In this document: one piece after another, positions 1 through 13,554 of the stretch
Position numbering within the stretch: the first letter of the stretch is position 1
How the letters are laid out: each line of letters begins with the position of its first letter
From: Eledone cirrhosa
Taxonomy: Eukaryota
DNA: 64,000 nucleotides
Direction of reading: 5' to 3'
NCBI GenBank assembly: GCA_964016885.1
Contig: OZ024741.1
Span: 74,586,001-74,650,000 of the forward strand
Position numbers and translations under genes: made by a program
Notes under the pieces: model-generated
Seen by the model: only the letters and a program-made list of their open reading frames with translations
What the model was told of the DNA's origin: nothing
Databases searched by the model: none

Positions 1-290
1 ATTGGATTACATGCCAGGTAAACCTTGTATAAAAGAAATATTTTTTAAATCGTACATATTAGTACTGTCCACATTTTGCAAAGATCATTGTCAATATAAT
101 GTTGGGATGGCAAACTACGTTGTACCTCTGAACAAAGGGGTGCACTATATCCATATATATATTGTAACAATCAGTTATCTATGGAGCTGAAAAAATGTGT
201 CATAAGTAACCATCACCCACCCAAGGTCCCTGGTTGAGGCCCAGTGGGATGTATGTGAATATACAGATATCCAAGGAAAATAATAATAAT

Positions 291-478
291 TGTTTCTACA
301 TTTTGGCACAAGGCCAGCAATTATCCTAGTACGTTACTGGTACTTTATTTTAACGACCCCATAAAGATGAAAGGAAGGTTAACATCGGTGGGATTTGAAC
401 TTAGACTGTAAAGGGACGTAACTCTATGCTGTAAAGCATGCCATCTGATCCTCTGCTGATACTGCCAATCCACCGCCT
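291..478 (-). mobile_element. tRNA-derived SINE (family S1, ~185 bp)
   Basis: Reverse complement of the element at 17947-18131: GGCGGTGGATTGGCAG head, GTTCAAATCC B-box, CCTTTCATC...AAAGTACCAGT core. Confidence 0.85.
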
Positions 479-739
479 TTGGCAAAGCATGGCGTCTGAT
501 GCTCTACAACAACAACAATAATAATATTTGAAAAATGCTTGAAACAAAGTAAGAACAGATATGAACAGTATGGAAAGACCTTAATAGGAGAAAGGAGAAA
601 CATGCTTCTCACCCTAGACCATGGGTTATGGTCTAATAGGAAGGGTATTTATACAGGCCACAACATCAATATCATGTAACAACAACAATAATAATATTTG
701 TTGAATGAAAGAGAAAAAGTCCTTAAAATTAGCCATGAG

Positions 740-1400
740 TAGAAAAGTTTACACAGACAGTTGTTCGAAACTACCGAAAGGCAATCAGACAAGAAGGTAT
801 TCCAGTGGCTAAAGAAAGAGACAGGAGACTTAATGTTAGCCGTGTAGAATCAAGCAATTACAAATAACAGAAAATGAAGACATCTAGATTTTGTGGTGAA
901 AGATAAGAGATAGGGGTGCATGTAATTTTTGAATGCAAAATGCCTACTGAAGAGGATTATAAAAAGTGGAGACATGATAAAGTTGCTACAATCTTATATT
1001 GGTAAATTTGCAAAATATTTGAATTTGAGCATGTGGAAAAGAGGTATGACCATAAACTAGAATATCTCCCAGAAAATAGACATCCAAAAAGTATTATGGT
1101 ATATGATGATTTATATAGATAAGGAAAAAGGACATTCAAGCCCAAATATTGTTACACTCAATAAAGAGGAAAGGGTGCATTGGTTAATCAATGATGCTAA
1201 CCTGTTTAATACAAGAATGATAGACAAACAACTGGAGAAAACAGAAAAATTAGCAGGACCTAAAATATGAAATGGAGAAAAGGTATAATTGTTGCAAAGC
1301 TGTTATCATTCCAACTGTAATTAGAGACTGTGGCAAGAAGTTTATATGGTTGGTTGCATATGTTGGATATTGAGGAAAATTCTCTGACACAACAGAGTCT
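740..1400 (+). pseudogene. Decayed 3' part of an RLE-type (R4/Dong-like) non-LTR retrotransposon
   Basis: Manual translation from 931 gives ECKMPTEEDYKKWRHDKVATILYW*ICKIFEFEHVEKRYDHKLE, matching the YKxRHDxVA..HW..CK..WYxH pattern after the zinc knuckle. Many stops. Confidence 0.7.
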
Positions 1401-2049
1401 GTTGTGAAGTTGTTATAATCCCAATTTTAATAGGAACTGTAAGAATAAAGGTAAGCAGTTTAAATGGTTGATTAAAGATGTTGGATAGTGAGGTGAATTT
1501 CCTGACTCTAGAGAAAGTTTATTTTATTTGGTACATTATCTAACAATTGAAAACTGTTGAAGTGCCTTTGATTGACCACTTGAGGCTAAACAATAATATG
1601 AACAACATTAGCATGAGCTAACAAGAGAGTTTCTACATATTTACTAGCATTGTGTGAAATAACTAAATCTCCTTCAAATTACACCCTACTATCTACAGAA
1701 AGTAAAGACACATTAGATAATGTAGTCATGGATATACAAAAAGATGGGATTATCACTGCTGGAATATCTTTGATCACAGTTATATCTGCTTGTTCGGTGC
1801 TGACCTAAGGCTAAATAACAATAATATAGTTGGCTTCAAGATGATGGAAATGAAAGCCAGGGTGTTGGTGAGAGGATAGGCGGTAGCAAAGCATGTCGTG
1901 GGGACACCCACAGCCTGCAAGGCAAACCCTTCCAATAAGTGAGAAAATAGCCTTCAAGTGTTTGTTGCAGTTATTATATAACAAAGAGATAGTAATATAA
2001 AAACGATGTCACATATCAAAGAAATAGTTAGACAATATATATTTATTCT

Positions 2050-3560
2050 CGGCAGAGCTGTTCTGCTAGAGAATGGGTTACAGGTGGTGGATGGCGTTAC
2101 AGCCACCAGTATGATTAGTTGTGATTTAATCAGGCTGCTGCTGGACAAATAAGCAGCCCCAGACCAACAGCAGTAAACTACTAGAGGAGATGGAGCAATG
2201 AGTGACACCTTTAGTTTCCAAGAAAACTCTCATGACCCAGAAATGTGGCTATGATGAGGTTAGTAGAGGCTGCCTCTAACAAGCCTAATCTTCACAGGTC
2301 TGAGGAAAGTACCAAATTCGTGACTGGTGCAAATGAGGCCACCAAAACGCTGCAATATGGCTAAACACAACAAAGGAGAACAAAGAACACATTAGGTAGA
2401 GGGGCCTGTTCAAAAAATATATTGTTGTTTCCACCCAATGCTGCAAAAAACTGGTGATGGGTCTGAGACTTGTCTTGAGAGGTGTGGGATGGACGCACAA
2501 AGATTGTGTAAACCAAGACCCCAAAGAGAGCAAACAATAAAAAATGGAACATCACAACCCATACTGGTTAGGAACAGGAACTAGTGGAGGAAGCTAGATG
2601 CTACTGGTTAGATATAGTCGGGGAAACCTCAACAAAGTTCTGTGGCTCTGGGACTGTAGATTTGGATGGAGGATAGAAATTTCACTATTCAGGTATGGTG
2701 CCAGAAATGATTGCATAGACAGGAGTGGGGCTACTCACAAGCCCCTGATTGTCAGAATGTGTTATGAACAGGATTCCAATAGGAGGGAGGATTTGCCTCT
2801 TCAAGCTTAGCTGAAAGATATGTCTCTGTGGGTAGGGCACCAGTTCATGCACCAACAAAGAGTCTGAATAAAGATACTTCTTTGATAAAGTCACTGGACC
2901 ATTAGATGTAGTTAAGACTGAGTCAAATATTCTAATGGTAGACTTCAATGCACATGTTAGCATTGACTACTTGTGATTGGAAGGAACAGTGATCCCAATC
3001 TAATTATGAATGGAAAGGCCTTAGACCTCTCTTCTAACAATGGTATCTCTATTATTAACACTTTCTTCCAGCACAAAGACATCCGTAAATAGATATGGTA
3101 TAAGGGGAATCAGAGACGAAGGTCAATAATTGATTTTGTTACTGTCTCTGATCACTTTGGTTCTGTGCTTGTTGTTCATGTTAAGAGAGGAACTGAGCTG
3201 TCAACTGATCACCATCTAGTTATCTGCAACTTGGGATTACCTAAAGCCAAGAGAGCTCATAAAACCTGCAGGTCCATGTCGACCTACAGGATAAAGTGGA
3301 AAACTTTGGTGGATTAGGAAGTCAGGACTAGGTATCAGGATACTATTACATCAAAATACAGAGAACTCACTGAACAAACTGAGGAGACTGAAATGGAATG
3401 GAGACTGTTTAAAACAGCAGTTTCTGCTCCTGCTGTTAAATACTGTCAGCAAAAGGGGCTTGGTGTGGACCAGATGGCAGGAGGACCCCTTGGTTCAATC
3501 AAGAAGTCAACGATGCCATCCAAGCAATAAAGGTCTACAAAGCTTGGCAACTAAAGGGTA
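2050..3560 (+). pseudogene. Decayed RTE-like LINE, 5' part (APE endonuclease)
   Basis: WNITT...EQELVEEA, DFNAHV, INTFFQHK and ELSTDHHLV motifs in broken frames; homologous to 54300-55075. Confidence 0.8.
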
Positions 3561-3866
3561 GGTGTCAGCAAGGGCATCTGGCTGTAAAACATGGAAACGT
3601 CAACATAAAAGTAATATATATATATATAAATGATGATAATATAGATGAATAGGATTCCAGTTCGATGCATAATATTCTACCAACAAAGAAGTCTGTTAAT
3701 TTATTAGGAATATATTCCATAGATGAATGATTAGTGGCCTCATCCTTCTTATCTTCCAATGACTGAAGTCATTAATCAGTGTGTAGACAGCTTTGGCACT
3801 GGCCATACCAAATGATGAAACAGATGGAATGGTAGTCAGTAAGTCAACTTAAAATACACTAACAAT

Positions 3867-3942
<76 letters not shown>

Positions 3943-4095
3943 CTTCATTATAAAAAAGGAAAATTACCTTTTCTCCCATCATTTGGCAAAGTGAATTTAT
4001 GAATAAATTTATCAATATCAATTACCATATTAGTGTCAGGAGTTTGTGGTAAACATTTTAGTTCAGAATTGGCTGCCTATATATAAATATATATA

Positions 4096-4697
4096 TGGTG
4101 GCTGCCAACTCGTTTTCGAGTACGGCCACTACTTTATATCCATGTAGGAGAACCCCTACCGATGCGCTGAACGAGTGTGACTTTTTAGTCCAGCCAGCGA
4201 CTTGAAAACTCTGGCACAAACACTACACTTGTGACAATTATTGACACATAGTGTACATGGTACCATGTGACGACAAGTGTAGAGAGATCTCCAGATACAA
4301 AGCAATGCCTGTGCCGTGAAGCTTTTATAGTGAGCAAAGACACTGCACAAAGCCAGTCCCACTCTCTTAACCAAGATGATATTTACCAAAAAGAAGAACA
4401 AGTCAACATCATTGGATACCATCAGGGTTGCAGGTGTTATATCAGTGTTTTCCTTCTCCTAGAATCCTGCCTTGACAAAGGCTAAGGGGTCATCTTTCCC
4501 GGTGATTTTGGATGGCCATTGACTCTTAAGAGCTCCTTTGCCCTTTGACAGGTTTTGTTTTTAGTCCTGCAGGATGTCCAAAGTCACCCTCCTCACCAAG
4601 AAACCTTGGTGGGGTTACCAGTTTAGTCACCAACGACCCGACCATGGCACAGGTTGTACTGGAATACATGTTACCAGTAGCACCAACTGGTGACCTA
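4096..4697 (-). mobile_element. Short internally deleted RTE/BovB derivative (5' UTR joined to C-terminal C2H2 finger and 3' end)
   Basis: ORF 4156-4422 ends HKCSVCARVFKSLAGLKSHTRSAH, an RTE-type terminal zinc finger. Upstream is a structured UTR with CTAGGAGAAGGAAAAC. Both ends abut (TA)n. Confidence 0.6.
4618..4673 (-). ncRNA. Decayed HDV-like ribozyme candidate
   Basis: Minus strand reads UAACAUG-UAUU-CCAGU-ACA-ACCUG-UGC-CAUGGUC-GG-GUCGUUGGUGA-CUAA-ACUGG, in the order P1, P2, P3/L3, P1', GG, P4, CUAA, P2'. P1 and P3 have mismatches and L3 is short. Confidence 0.4.
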
Positions 4698-4699
4698 AC

Positions 4700-5404
<705 letters not shown>

Positions 5405-6058
5405 TATGTAAAGTGGACATGTAGGCGCCACAGAAAAAAAGCACCCAGCACTCACTGTAAATGAGGTTGGTGTTAGGAAGGGCATCCAGCTGTAGAAATC
5501 AAGCCAGAATCAGTTCCCGTATGAGCAAGGCATGGTCAGCCGACCGGCTACTGCCCACAATAGGACAACCCGTCTAACCCATGCTATCGTGGAAGAACGG
5601 ACGTAAAATGATGATGATATGTGTGTGTATATATATATATATATGTGCATATATATATATGTGTGTGTATTTATATATGTGTGTGTATTTATATATGTGT
5701 GTGTATATATATATATATATATACACATATATATATATACACACACATATATATATATATACACACACATATATAAATACACACACATATATAAATACAC
5801 ACACATATATATATATGCACATATATATATATATATACACACACATATCATCATCATTTTACGTCCGTTCTTCCACGCTAGCATGGGTTAGACGGGTTGT
5901 CCTATTGTGGGCAGTAGCCGGTCGGCTGACCATGCCTTGCTCATACGGGAACTGATTCTGGCTTGATTTCTACAGCTGGATGCCCTTCCTAACACCAACC
6001 TCATTTACAGTGAGTGCTGGGTGCTTTTTTTCTGTGGCGCCTACATGTCCACTTTACA
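5405..6058. repeat. ~650-bp near-perfect palindrome (RTE 3' UTR plus flanking microsatellite mirrored)
   Basis: 5405-5617 is the reverse complement of 5848-6058, and most of the intervening TA/CA tract is mirrored too. Confidence 0.9.
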
Positions 6059-6728
6059 GTGTGGGCTGGGTGCTTTTTTGCCGTGACACCTCCACGAACA
6101 CTTTGCAGTGGGAGGGTGTGGGGCATATTGTCTATATGCTTCAGCTTCGGCTTCTACCCGTGGGGGGTAGGGTCTTCTGTATTACTGCGTGACGTCAGAG
6201 GTCACGGTCATGTGTCATCGCCTTTGAGAGGTGTAATTGGGTAAGATCGGCTTTTATCACCTCATCCCAGGTCTTCTTAGGTCTCCCCAATCCGCGACTT
6301 CCATCGACTTCTAGTGCTCTGCATCTTTTTATGCAGCTGTCATCCTTCATACACATCACATTTCCATACCAACACAACTACTTCTCCTGCACACAGCATT
6401 TGATTTCTCTTATACTCAGTCTCTCTCTCAATTTGTGTATGCTTTGCCGTTCGCATATATTACTATTACACATCCATAGGAGCATGCAGACTTCGTTTCT
6501 TTCTAATCTACAGAAGTCTTCCACAGACAGCACCCATGTCTCATTACCATGTAATATTGCTGTTCGTATACACATATCATACAGTCTGTCTTTCATTTTG
6601 AGGGAAAAGCCTTTTGCAGCTAGCAGTGGCAGTAACTCCCTGAACTTCTTCCATCCTGTTCTTACCCTAGTTATTGTACTTTCCGAACACCCACCTCCGC
6701 TGCTGATTCGGCCACCTAGGTAGCAGAT
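5848..6728 (-). mobile_element. 5'-truncated RTE LINE, subfamily A (3' ORF end, 3' UTR, (GAT)n tail)
   Basis: RLYDMCIRTAILHGNETW, WYGNVMCMKDDSCIKRCRALEVDG..GRPKKTW; tail GGACGTAAAATGATGATGA. Confidence 0.9.
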
Positions 6729-6729
6729 G

Positions 6730-8422
6730 TTTGGGACCAGCTATTGAGATTGACGAATATAGGGTACAAGAGGGATTTAAGGAAATGAAGAATAGTAAGG
6801 CTGCTGGACAGTCGGGGATATTTGCTGAGATGCTGAAGGCATCAGGAGAAGTAGGCACTAAACTGGTTGCATGCATCATCAATCTAGCTATATATGGTGG
6901 TGTCATACCCAAAGACTGGTGCAGCAGTATTCTCATAAATTGCTACAAAGGTAAAGGGGATGCTCTAGAGAGGAGCAATTATAGGGGCTTAAAGCTAATG
7001 GATCAGGTTATGAAAGTGGCAGAGAGAATATTAGCGCAACTGATTAGAGAAAGGGTAAAATTAGATGAGATGCAGTTTGGTTTTGTGCCTCAAGAAAGTA
7101 CAACAGATGCCCTCTTCTTAGTGAGGCAACTACAAGAGAAGTTCTTAGAGAAGAATAAGCCACTATACTTAGCTTTTGTTGACCTAGAGAAGGCCTTTGA
7201 TAGGGTACCCCGATCTGTCATCTGGTGGTCCCTAAGGAAACTAGGTGTAGAGGAATGGCTTGTGAGGACAGTGCAAACTATGTATAGGGGTACTATCAGT
7301 AAAGTGAGAGTAGGCATGGAGTTTAGTGAGGAATTCCAGATACAAGTAGGTGTACATCAGGGTTCAGTCCTCAGCCCGCTCTTGTTCATTATAGTCCTCC
7401 AAGCCATAACAGAGAAGTTTAAGACTGGATGCCCATGGGAACTTCTCTATGCTGATGATCTGATTCTTATAGCAGCATCAGTAGAGGAGCTAGAGAAGAA
7501 ATTCTGGCTATGGAAACAGCAGTTGAAATCAAGAGGACTGAGAGTGAACATAGCTAAGACAAACGTGTTGATAAGTAGGAGAGAGACTCTGATTCCATCA
7601 AGGAAATGGCCATGTTCGATCCATCAAGGAAATGGCCATGTTCGAAATGTAGGAAAGGAACTGGCATAAATTCCATAAAATGTACGCAATGCAGATCTTG
7701 TAGTGGGATAGCAGGCAAATTAACAGGTAGGGAAAACTAAGTATTCAGTAGATGTACAGGAAAAGTTGGCAGTAGTAATCACAGTGATAGACACATTTTT
7801 CCAATGCAGGTCGGTTCTATAGAAGTGGTTGATAGCTTCCGGTACCTAGGTGATCAGATTAGCATAGGAGGGGGTGTTCTGAGGCCATAGTATCTAGAAT
7901 AAGGACGGGTTGGAAGAAATTTAGGGAGCTGCTTCCTCTGTTGACAAAGAAGGGTTTCTCCCTGCATACGAAAGGACGGTTATATGATGGTAGTGAGACA
8001 TGGGCAGCAACTGCAGAGGATATGCAATGGCTGGAGAGAAATGATGCAAGTATGCCCCGTTGGATGTGCAATGTCAATGTGCGTGAACGGCCAAGCATAG
8101 ACGAGTTGAGAAAGAAACTGGGTATAAGAGGGATAAGTTGTGGTGTGCAGGAGAGAAGGCTGAGATGGTATGGACATGTGATGCGCATGGAGGTTGACCG
8201 CTGGGTAAAGAAGTGCCAAGAAATCCCAGTAGAAAGAAGACGCAGTAGAGGTAGACCACGAAAAACATGGGCGGAGGTGGTGAGAGCAGACCTCAGATCG
8301 CTGAAACTCACCAAGGAGATGACGAAGGACCGTGACAAGTGGAGAGATGGTGTGCTGAATAGGACCCGTCCAACTCTTGCAGGCAGGGAAAAGCGGACGT
8401 AAAATGATGATGATGATGATGA
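6730..8422 (+). mobile_element. 5'-truncated RTE LINE, subfamily B (RT pseudogene)
   Basis: ORF 6731-7669 has NYRGLKL, QFGF, AFVDLEKAFDRV, GVHQGSVLSPLLF and LLYADD. ORF 7941-8402 has RRLRWYGHV..GRPRKTW, followed by a (ATG)n tail. Confidence 0.95.
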
Positions 8423-8426
8423 TATA

Positions 8427-9080
8427 TGTCTCTCCATCCTCTCGGTCCATTCATTCATATATCCGTATCATCGCCCAGAATCCAATCTTTTGCTCTTTCT
8501 CAATGCTATTCAATAATTCCATTATTCGCTTATTACTGTTATATGCTTGTCCAATTATGCCCAAAATTCGAAGATTTTATTTAAACCCTCTCGTAAAATG
8601 CCCCATTTGTTTTTCTAAAATAACAATCTCGTTTGTTTAATTTTGGCCGAAAATTCTAGGATTTATAAAATGGCCTCCTTGTCCCTCTTAATATTCCCCC
8701 CCCCCCCAATATCGTATATGCGCCTGCTCGTTCACCCTTTCAATCACTCCCTTCTCTCACCAAATATAAATAAACCTGTTACAAGGTACGAATCTCAGAA
8801 TTTGTCAAGGCTTATTAATGCTCAGACCTGCTCGCTCTCCTGCGAAATGTAATGTAAAATGCCATTTTTTCTTGTCTCTCCATCCTCTTGGTCCATTCAT
8901 TCATATATCTGTATCATCACCCAGAATCTAATCTTTTGCTCTTTCTCAATGCTATTCTATAATTCTGTCTGGTTGTTCTAAATAATCTTCTTGTATTTTA
9001 AAATCCCATTATTCGCTTATTACTGTTATATGCTTGTCCAATTATGCCCCAAATTCGAAGATTTTATTTAAACGCTCTCG
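8427..9080 (+). repeat. Direct repeat (~170-205 bp, period ~447) upstream of the RTE ORF
   Basis: 8427-8593 recurs at 8874-9080 (TGTCTCTCCATCCTCT...TTCGAAGATTTTATTTAAAC), the second copy with an extra ~40 bp. Confidence 0.85.
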
Positions 9081-10474
9081 CTAACTACCCCATACCCCTC
9101 CCATCCGCCCCCACTCTCCACCATTATTATTTGGACCAATCATAACTCAGCGGCCTATGCTATCACTTCTCCTGGTTGCTTTTACGATATGATGGATGGA
9201 CTAATGAATTCTGGAGAGTCTGAAAAATCTGGACACTCAGTGACAATGCCAAAGATAAAGACAAATTCACCTCAAATTGCCGGACGAAAAGGCAAGGACT
9301 CCTCCTCTTTGTTTCGGCCGCGGATGGCCAACATAACCCCAACCACGCCCCCCTCACCGCGCCCCACCGTTCTCACCCACCAAACGCAATCCAAAACTTC
9401 AGAGTTGGTACCATGAATGTAGGCACCTTAAAAGGTCACTCTAACGAGGTTGTAGAAATGCTTGAACGTAAGGAGGTTGATGTTTGCTGTATCCAAGAGA
9501 CCAGGTGGAGGGGTGGGTCTGCTAGATTCATTGTGGGTAAAAAACAATGCTATAAGCTTTTCTGGGTGGAAAATGACAATGGGCTGGGTGGGGTAGAAAT
9601 CATGTTAGCAGAAAAATGGGTAGATAAGATAATAGACGTAAATAGAGTGAACGACAGAATAATTAAAATAAGACTTGTCCTAAATAGAACTACTGTGACA
9701 GTAATATCTGCATACGCGCCCCAATCCGGACTGCCTGGCGCTATAAAAGACAGATTCTATGAGACATTGCTGCTCACTACCTCCCAAATAACCGACAGTG
9801 ACTACATAATTATTGCTGCCGACCTAAATGGTCACGTTGGACAACATTGTTACGGCTATGACGGAATCCATGGAGGCTATGGGTTTGGTACTAGAAATGA
9901 GGAAGGCTCCAGAATCCTGGAATTCTGTGATGCAAATAACCTAACTATCTGTAACACTAACTTCAAAAAACGAGACAATCACTTGATCACCTATAGATCA
10001 GGGGAACACGCCAGTCAGATAGATTATATCCTTACCAGAAGACGTGATAGAGTGTCTGTTGTAAACACTAAATCCCTCCCCCATGAAGAATGCACTCCCA
10101 ACATAGACTCATAGTCAGCGACCTCATAGTCAGGACAAGACGTACTCGACAACAGAGGAGGACTATCCTCAGGAGAAAAATATGGAAGCTAAAGAACCCC
10201 ACAGCCAGTAATAAATTTAAAAGCATATTACTTGATGCTTTCGACAGTAAGGAAGAGCAATTAGAGTCGTACAATATAGAGGAACAGTGGGAATTCCTGA
10301 AAACTAACCTGCTGAAGGTGGCAGATGAAGTCTGTGGCTGGAGCAGGCCTATAGGCAGGAGGAGAGTAACGTGGTGGTGGAACAGTAAGGTGGAGGAGTC
10401 AATTAAGGCCAAAAAGCAGGCTTGGAAAGTATGGCGGGATGGGGGGAAGTAGAGAAGACTATCAAGTGGCCAGG

Positions 10475-10581
10475 AGGGAAGCTAGGAGACAAGTGTACTT
10501 CGCAAGAAGGGAAGCTAGGAGACAAGTGTACTTCGCAAGAAGGGAAGCTAGGAGACAAGTGTACTTCGCAAGAAGGGAAGC
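10475..10581 (+). repeat. Perfect 33-bp tandem triplication inside the RTE ORF
   Basis: AGGGAAGCTAGGAGACAAGTGTACTTCGCAAGA x3, translating as REARRQVYFAR x3. Confidence 0.97.
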
Positions 10582-12908
10582 AGAGGAAAGAAAGTTCAAA
10601 CATGTTCTACAACGCGAGGACCAAAAACGCGAGGTGTTCAGGATTGCTAGGCAATGCGTCAAGGAAAACCGTGATATTGTCGGGGAGAAGTGTGTCCTTA
10701 ATGATGATGGTGTACTTGCCATCACTGACGCTGATAAGAAGGTAGCTTGGAAGTGTCACTACGAAAGGCTACTAAATGAGGATAATAAATGGGAGAAAGA
10801 CAGTCTCCCCCACATCGACCCAATAGAGTGACCAGCAGTGCTACTTGAAGGTAGTATAATAAGTAAGGCAATCAAAGATATGAAGACGGGTAAGGCGGCT
10901 GGGCCTTCGGAAATAGTTGCTGAAATGCTGAAAGCATCTGGAACGGTGGGATACACTATGGTCACCCGGATAGTAAACCAAGTCATAAAAGGACTGGCGT
11001 TGCAGCATCATCATTAACTGCTACAAGGGTAAAGGAGATGCCCTAGATAGGGGTAACTATAGAGGCATTAAATTAATCGACCAGGTTATGAAGGTCACAG
11101 AAAAAGTAATAGCGCAACTAATCAGAGAACGAATTGATCTAGATGAAATGCAGTTCGGGTTTGTGTCAGGTAAAAGTACCACAGACGCTCTTTTCATTGT
11201 ACGACAACTACAGGAGAAGTACTTAGCTAAAAGTAAACCCCTATACTTAGCTTTTGTTGACTTGGAGAAAGTCTTTGACAGAGTCGCCTGCTCCATTATC
11301 TGGTGGGCTCTTAGAAAACTAGGTGTTGATGAATGGCTTACGAGATCTATACAAGCCATGTATAAAGAAACAGTCAGCAAGGTTAGAATTAACAACGAAT
11401 ATAGTGAAGAGTTTAGCGGAAAAGTTGGTGTTCATCAGGGCTCCGTTCTTAGCCCCCTACTATTTATTATTGCCCTTCAGGCTATAATAGAGGAGTTCAA
11501 GACCGGTTGCCCATGGGAACTCCTATACGCAGATGATCTAACGCTCATAGCTGAATCAATGGCTGAACTAGAGAAGAAATTCCAAACGTGGAAGCATGGC
11601 CTAGAATCAAAAGGCCTTAAAGTTAACTTGTCTAAGACCAAAGTTCTAGTTTGTAGGAAGGAAAATAAGGCACCGGTCCCATCTGGGAAATGCCCATGCT
11701 CAGTGTGCAGGAAAGGAGTAGGCAGAAACTCCATTTTATGTCCCAAATGCAAAGTATGGGTGCATAAAAGATGTAGTGGGATCACAGGTAAGCTAACTAA
11801 GAATATAGATTTTATATGTGGCCGGTGCTCTGGTGCAATAAATAGCAGCAAGTGCCCACAAAATACTAGCTCATTCCATTGCACAGATGGTTCTATAGAA
11901 ATAGTGGACAGCTTCCGTTACCTGGGTGACAAAATCAGCAGTGTGGGAGGGTGCTCTGAAAGTACAGTAGTTAGAGTCAGAACTGGATGAAAAAGTTCAG
12001 AGAGCTTATACCACTATTAGCCACTAAAGGGTTCTCCCTAAAAATAAAAGGCAGGCTGTATGATGCCTGCATACGAACAGCAATGTTACATGGCAGTGAG
12101 ACCTGGGCATTGTCTGCAGAGGATCTACGCAGACTGGAGAGGAACGAAGCTTGCATGCTCCGCTGGATGTGTAATAGTAATATACGTGAATGGCAAAGCA
12201 TAAACGAACTAAGGGAGAAATTAGGAATAAGAGGGATCAGATGTTGTTTACTCGAGAGAAGACCACGTTGGTACGGTCACGTGATGCGCATGAAAGTCGA
12301 CAGCTGTATAAAAAAGTGCAGGGCGATAAAAATAGACGGTAGCCACGGAGTAGGCAGACCCAGAAAAACCTGGGATGACTTGATAAATTCCGACCTCACA
12401 CACTTACACCTCTCCAAGACAATGTCACTGGACCAAGATCTTTGGCACTACACAGTAATACAGAAGACCTGCCTTGCCTAAGTACAAAGCAAAACCAACA
12501 AGTCAGTAGGCACATCTAACAAACATACACCCCTGTTCCACTACCCCCACCCCGTCCACACCACCCCCTTCAATGTGAAGTTATGTTGGTACCATAACAT
12601 CCAGTCTGAAACAAATGAGGTCGTGTAGGTGTCACGACAAAAAACACACAGTCCACGCTGTAATGTGGCCGTGTAGGTAACACGGTAAAAACCTCCCAGT
12701 CCACACTGTAAACGTGGTTGGTGTTAGGAAGGGCATCCAGCTGTAGAAAACCCGCCTGACAGTCCTATACGAGCAAGACAACCAATCTTGCCTCAAGTGG
12801 GACAATTCCCATCTAAACCCATGCTAGCATGGAAGATGGATGTTAAACGTTGACGATGATGATATATACATACATACACATATATATACATATATATATA
12901 TATATACA

Positions 12909-12990
<82 letters not shown>

Positions 12991-12995
12991 TATAC

Positions 12996-13037
<42 letters not shown>

Positions 13038-13047
13038 CAGTAATATA

Positions 13048-13554
13048 CAGTAATCCCCCGTTTATCGAGGGGGATACGTTCCAGAACCATCCGCGATAAA
13101 TGAAAATCCATGATATTGAGAGACCCTAAAGATAACCGTTGTTTCATAGTTTAAGCCTTAAAATACCTCTCCTACATGCTTTAAGTATATATAAACTCAT
13201 TAAAACACACCAGCCAGTAACGATCGTATAGAAACTACCACTAGTTACCAATGACGACCATTACCACCCATGTTAGCCGCTTAGTAATATACTGCACACC
13301 TTCCATCAGTCTATGAAGGGTTTGTAGTAGATTAGAGAAAAACACAATCAGTAAAACAGTAATGGAATGAACACTAAAACATTTTTTTATAGTTAAAGCC
13401 TTAAGATGCCCCTTCCCTTATGCTATACACTTCAATCACATCAAAACTTATTTAATAAGTTTAAATTTTAAACAGTTTTTATTCAGACGTACGTACCACG
13501 ATAAGAATATAGATATGTTCTAATGAAAAATCTGTGATGTAGTGAGGATTACTG
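13048..13554. mobile_element. pogo/Tigger-like MITE
   Basis: TA|CAGTAATCC...GGATTACTG terminal inverted repeats with Tigger-like subterminal sequence; no ORF. Confidence 0.7.

Larger units (their letters stand above)
8427..12862 (+). mobile_element. Near full-length RTE LINE, subfamily A (APE, RT, PHD-like finger), frameshifted
   Basis: APE motifs NVGTL/CCIQETRW/SAYAPQ/DLNGHVG/SQIDYIL (9413-10114), RT motifs with YADD (11088-11990), C-terminal WYGHV (11987-12481) and a GATGAT tail at ~12855. The 5' boundary is inferred. Confidence 0.95.

Noticed and set aside
2-190. 62-aa ORF at the window start
   Set aside because: No recognisable motif; only a possible splice donor at 18, which is insufficient to call.
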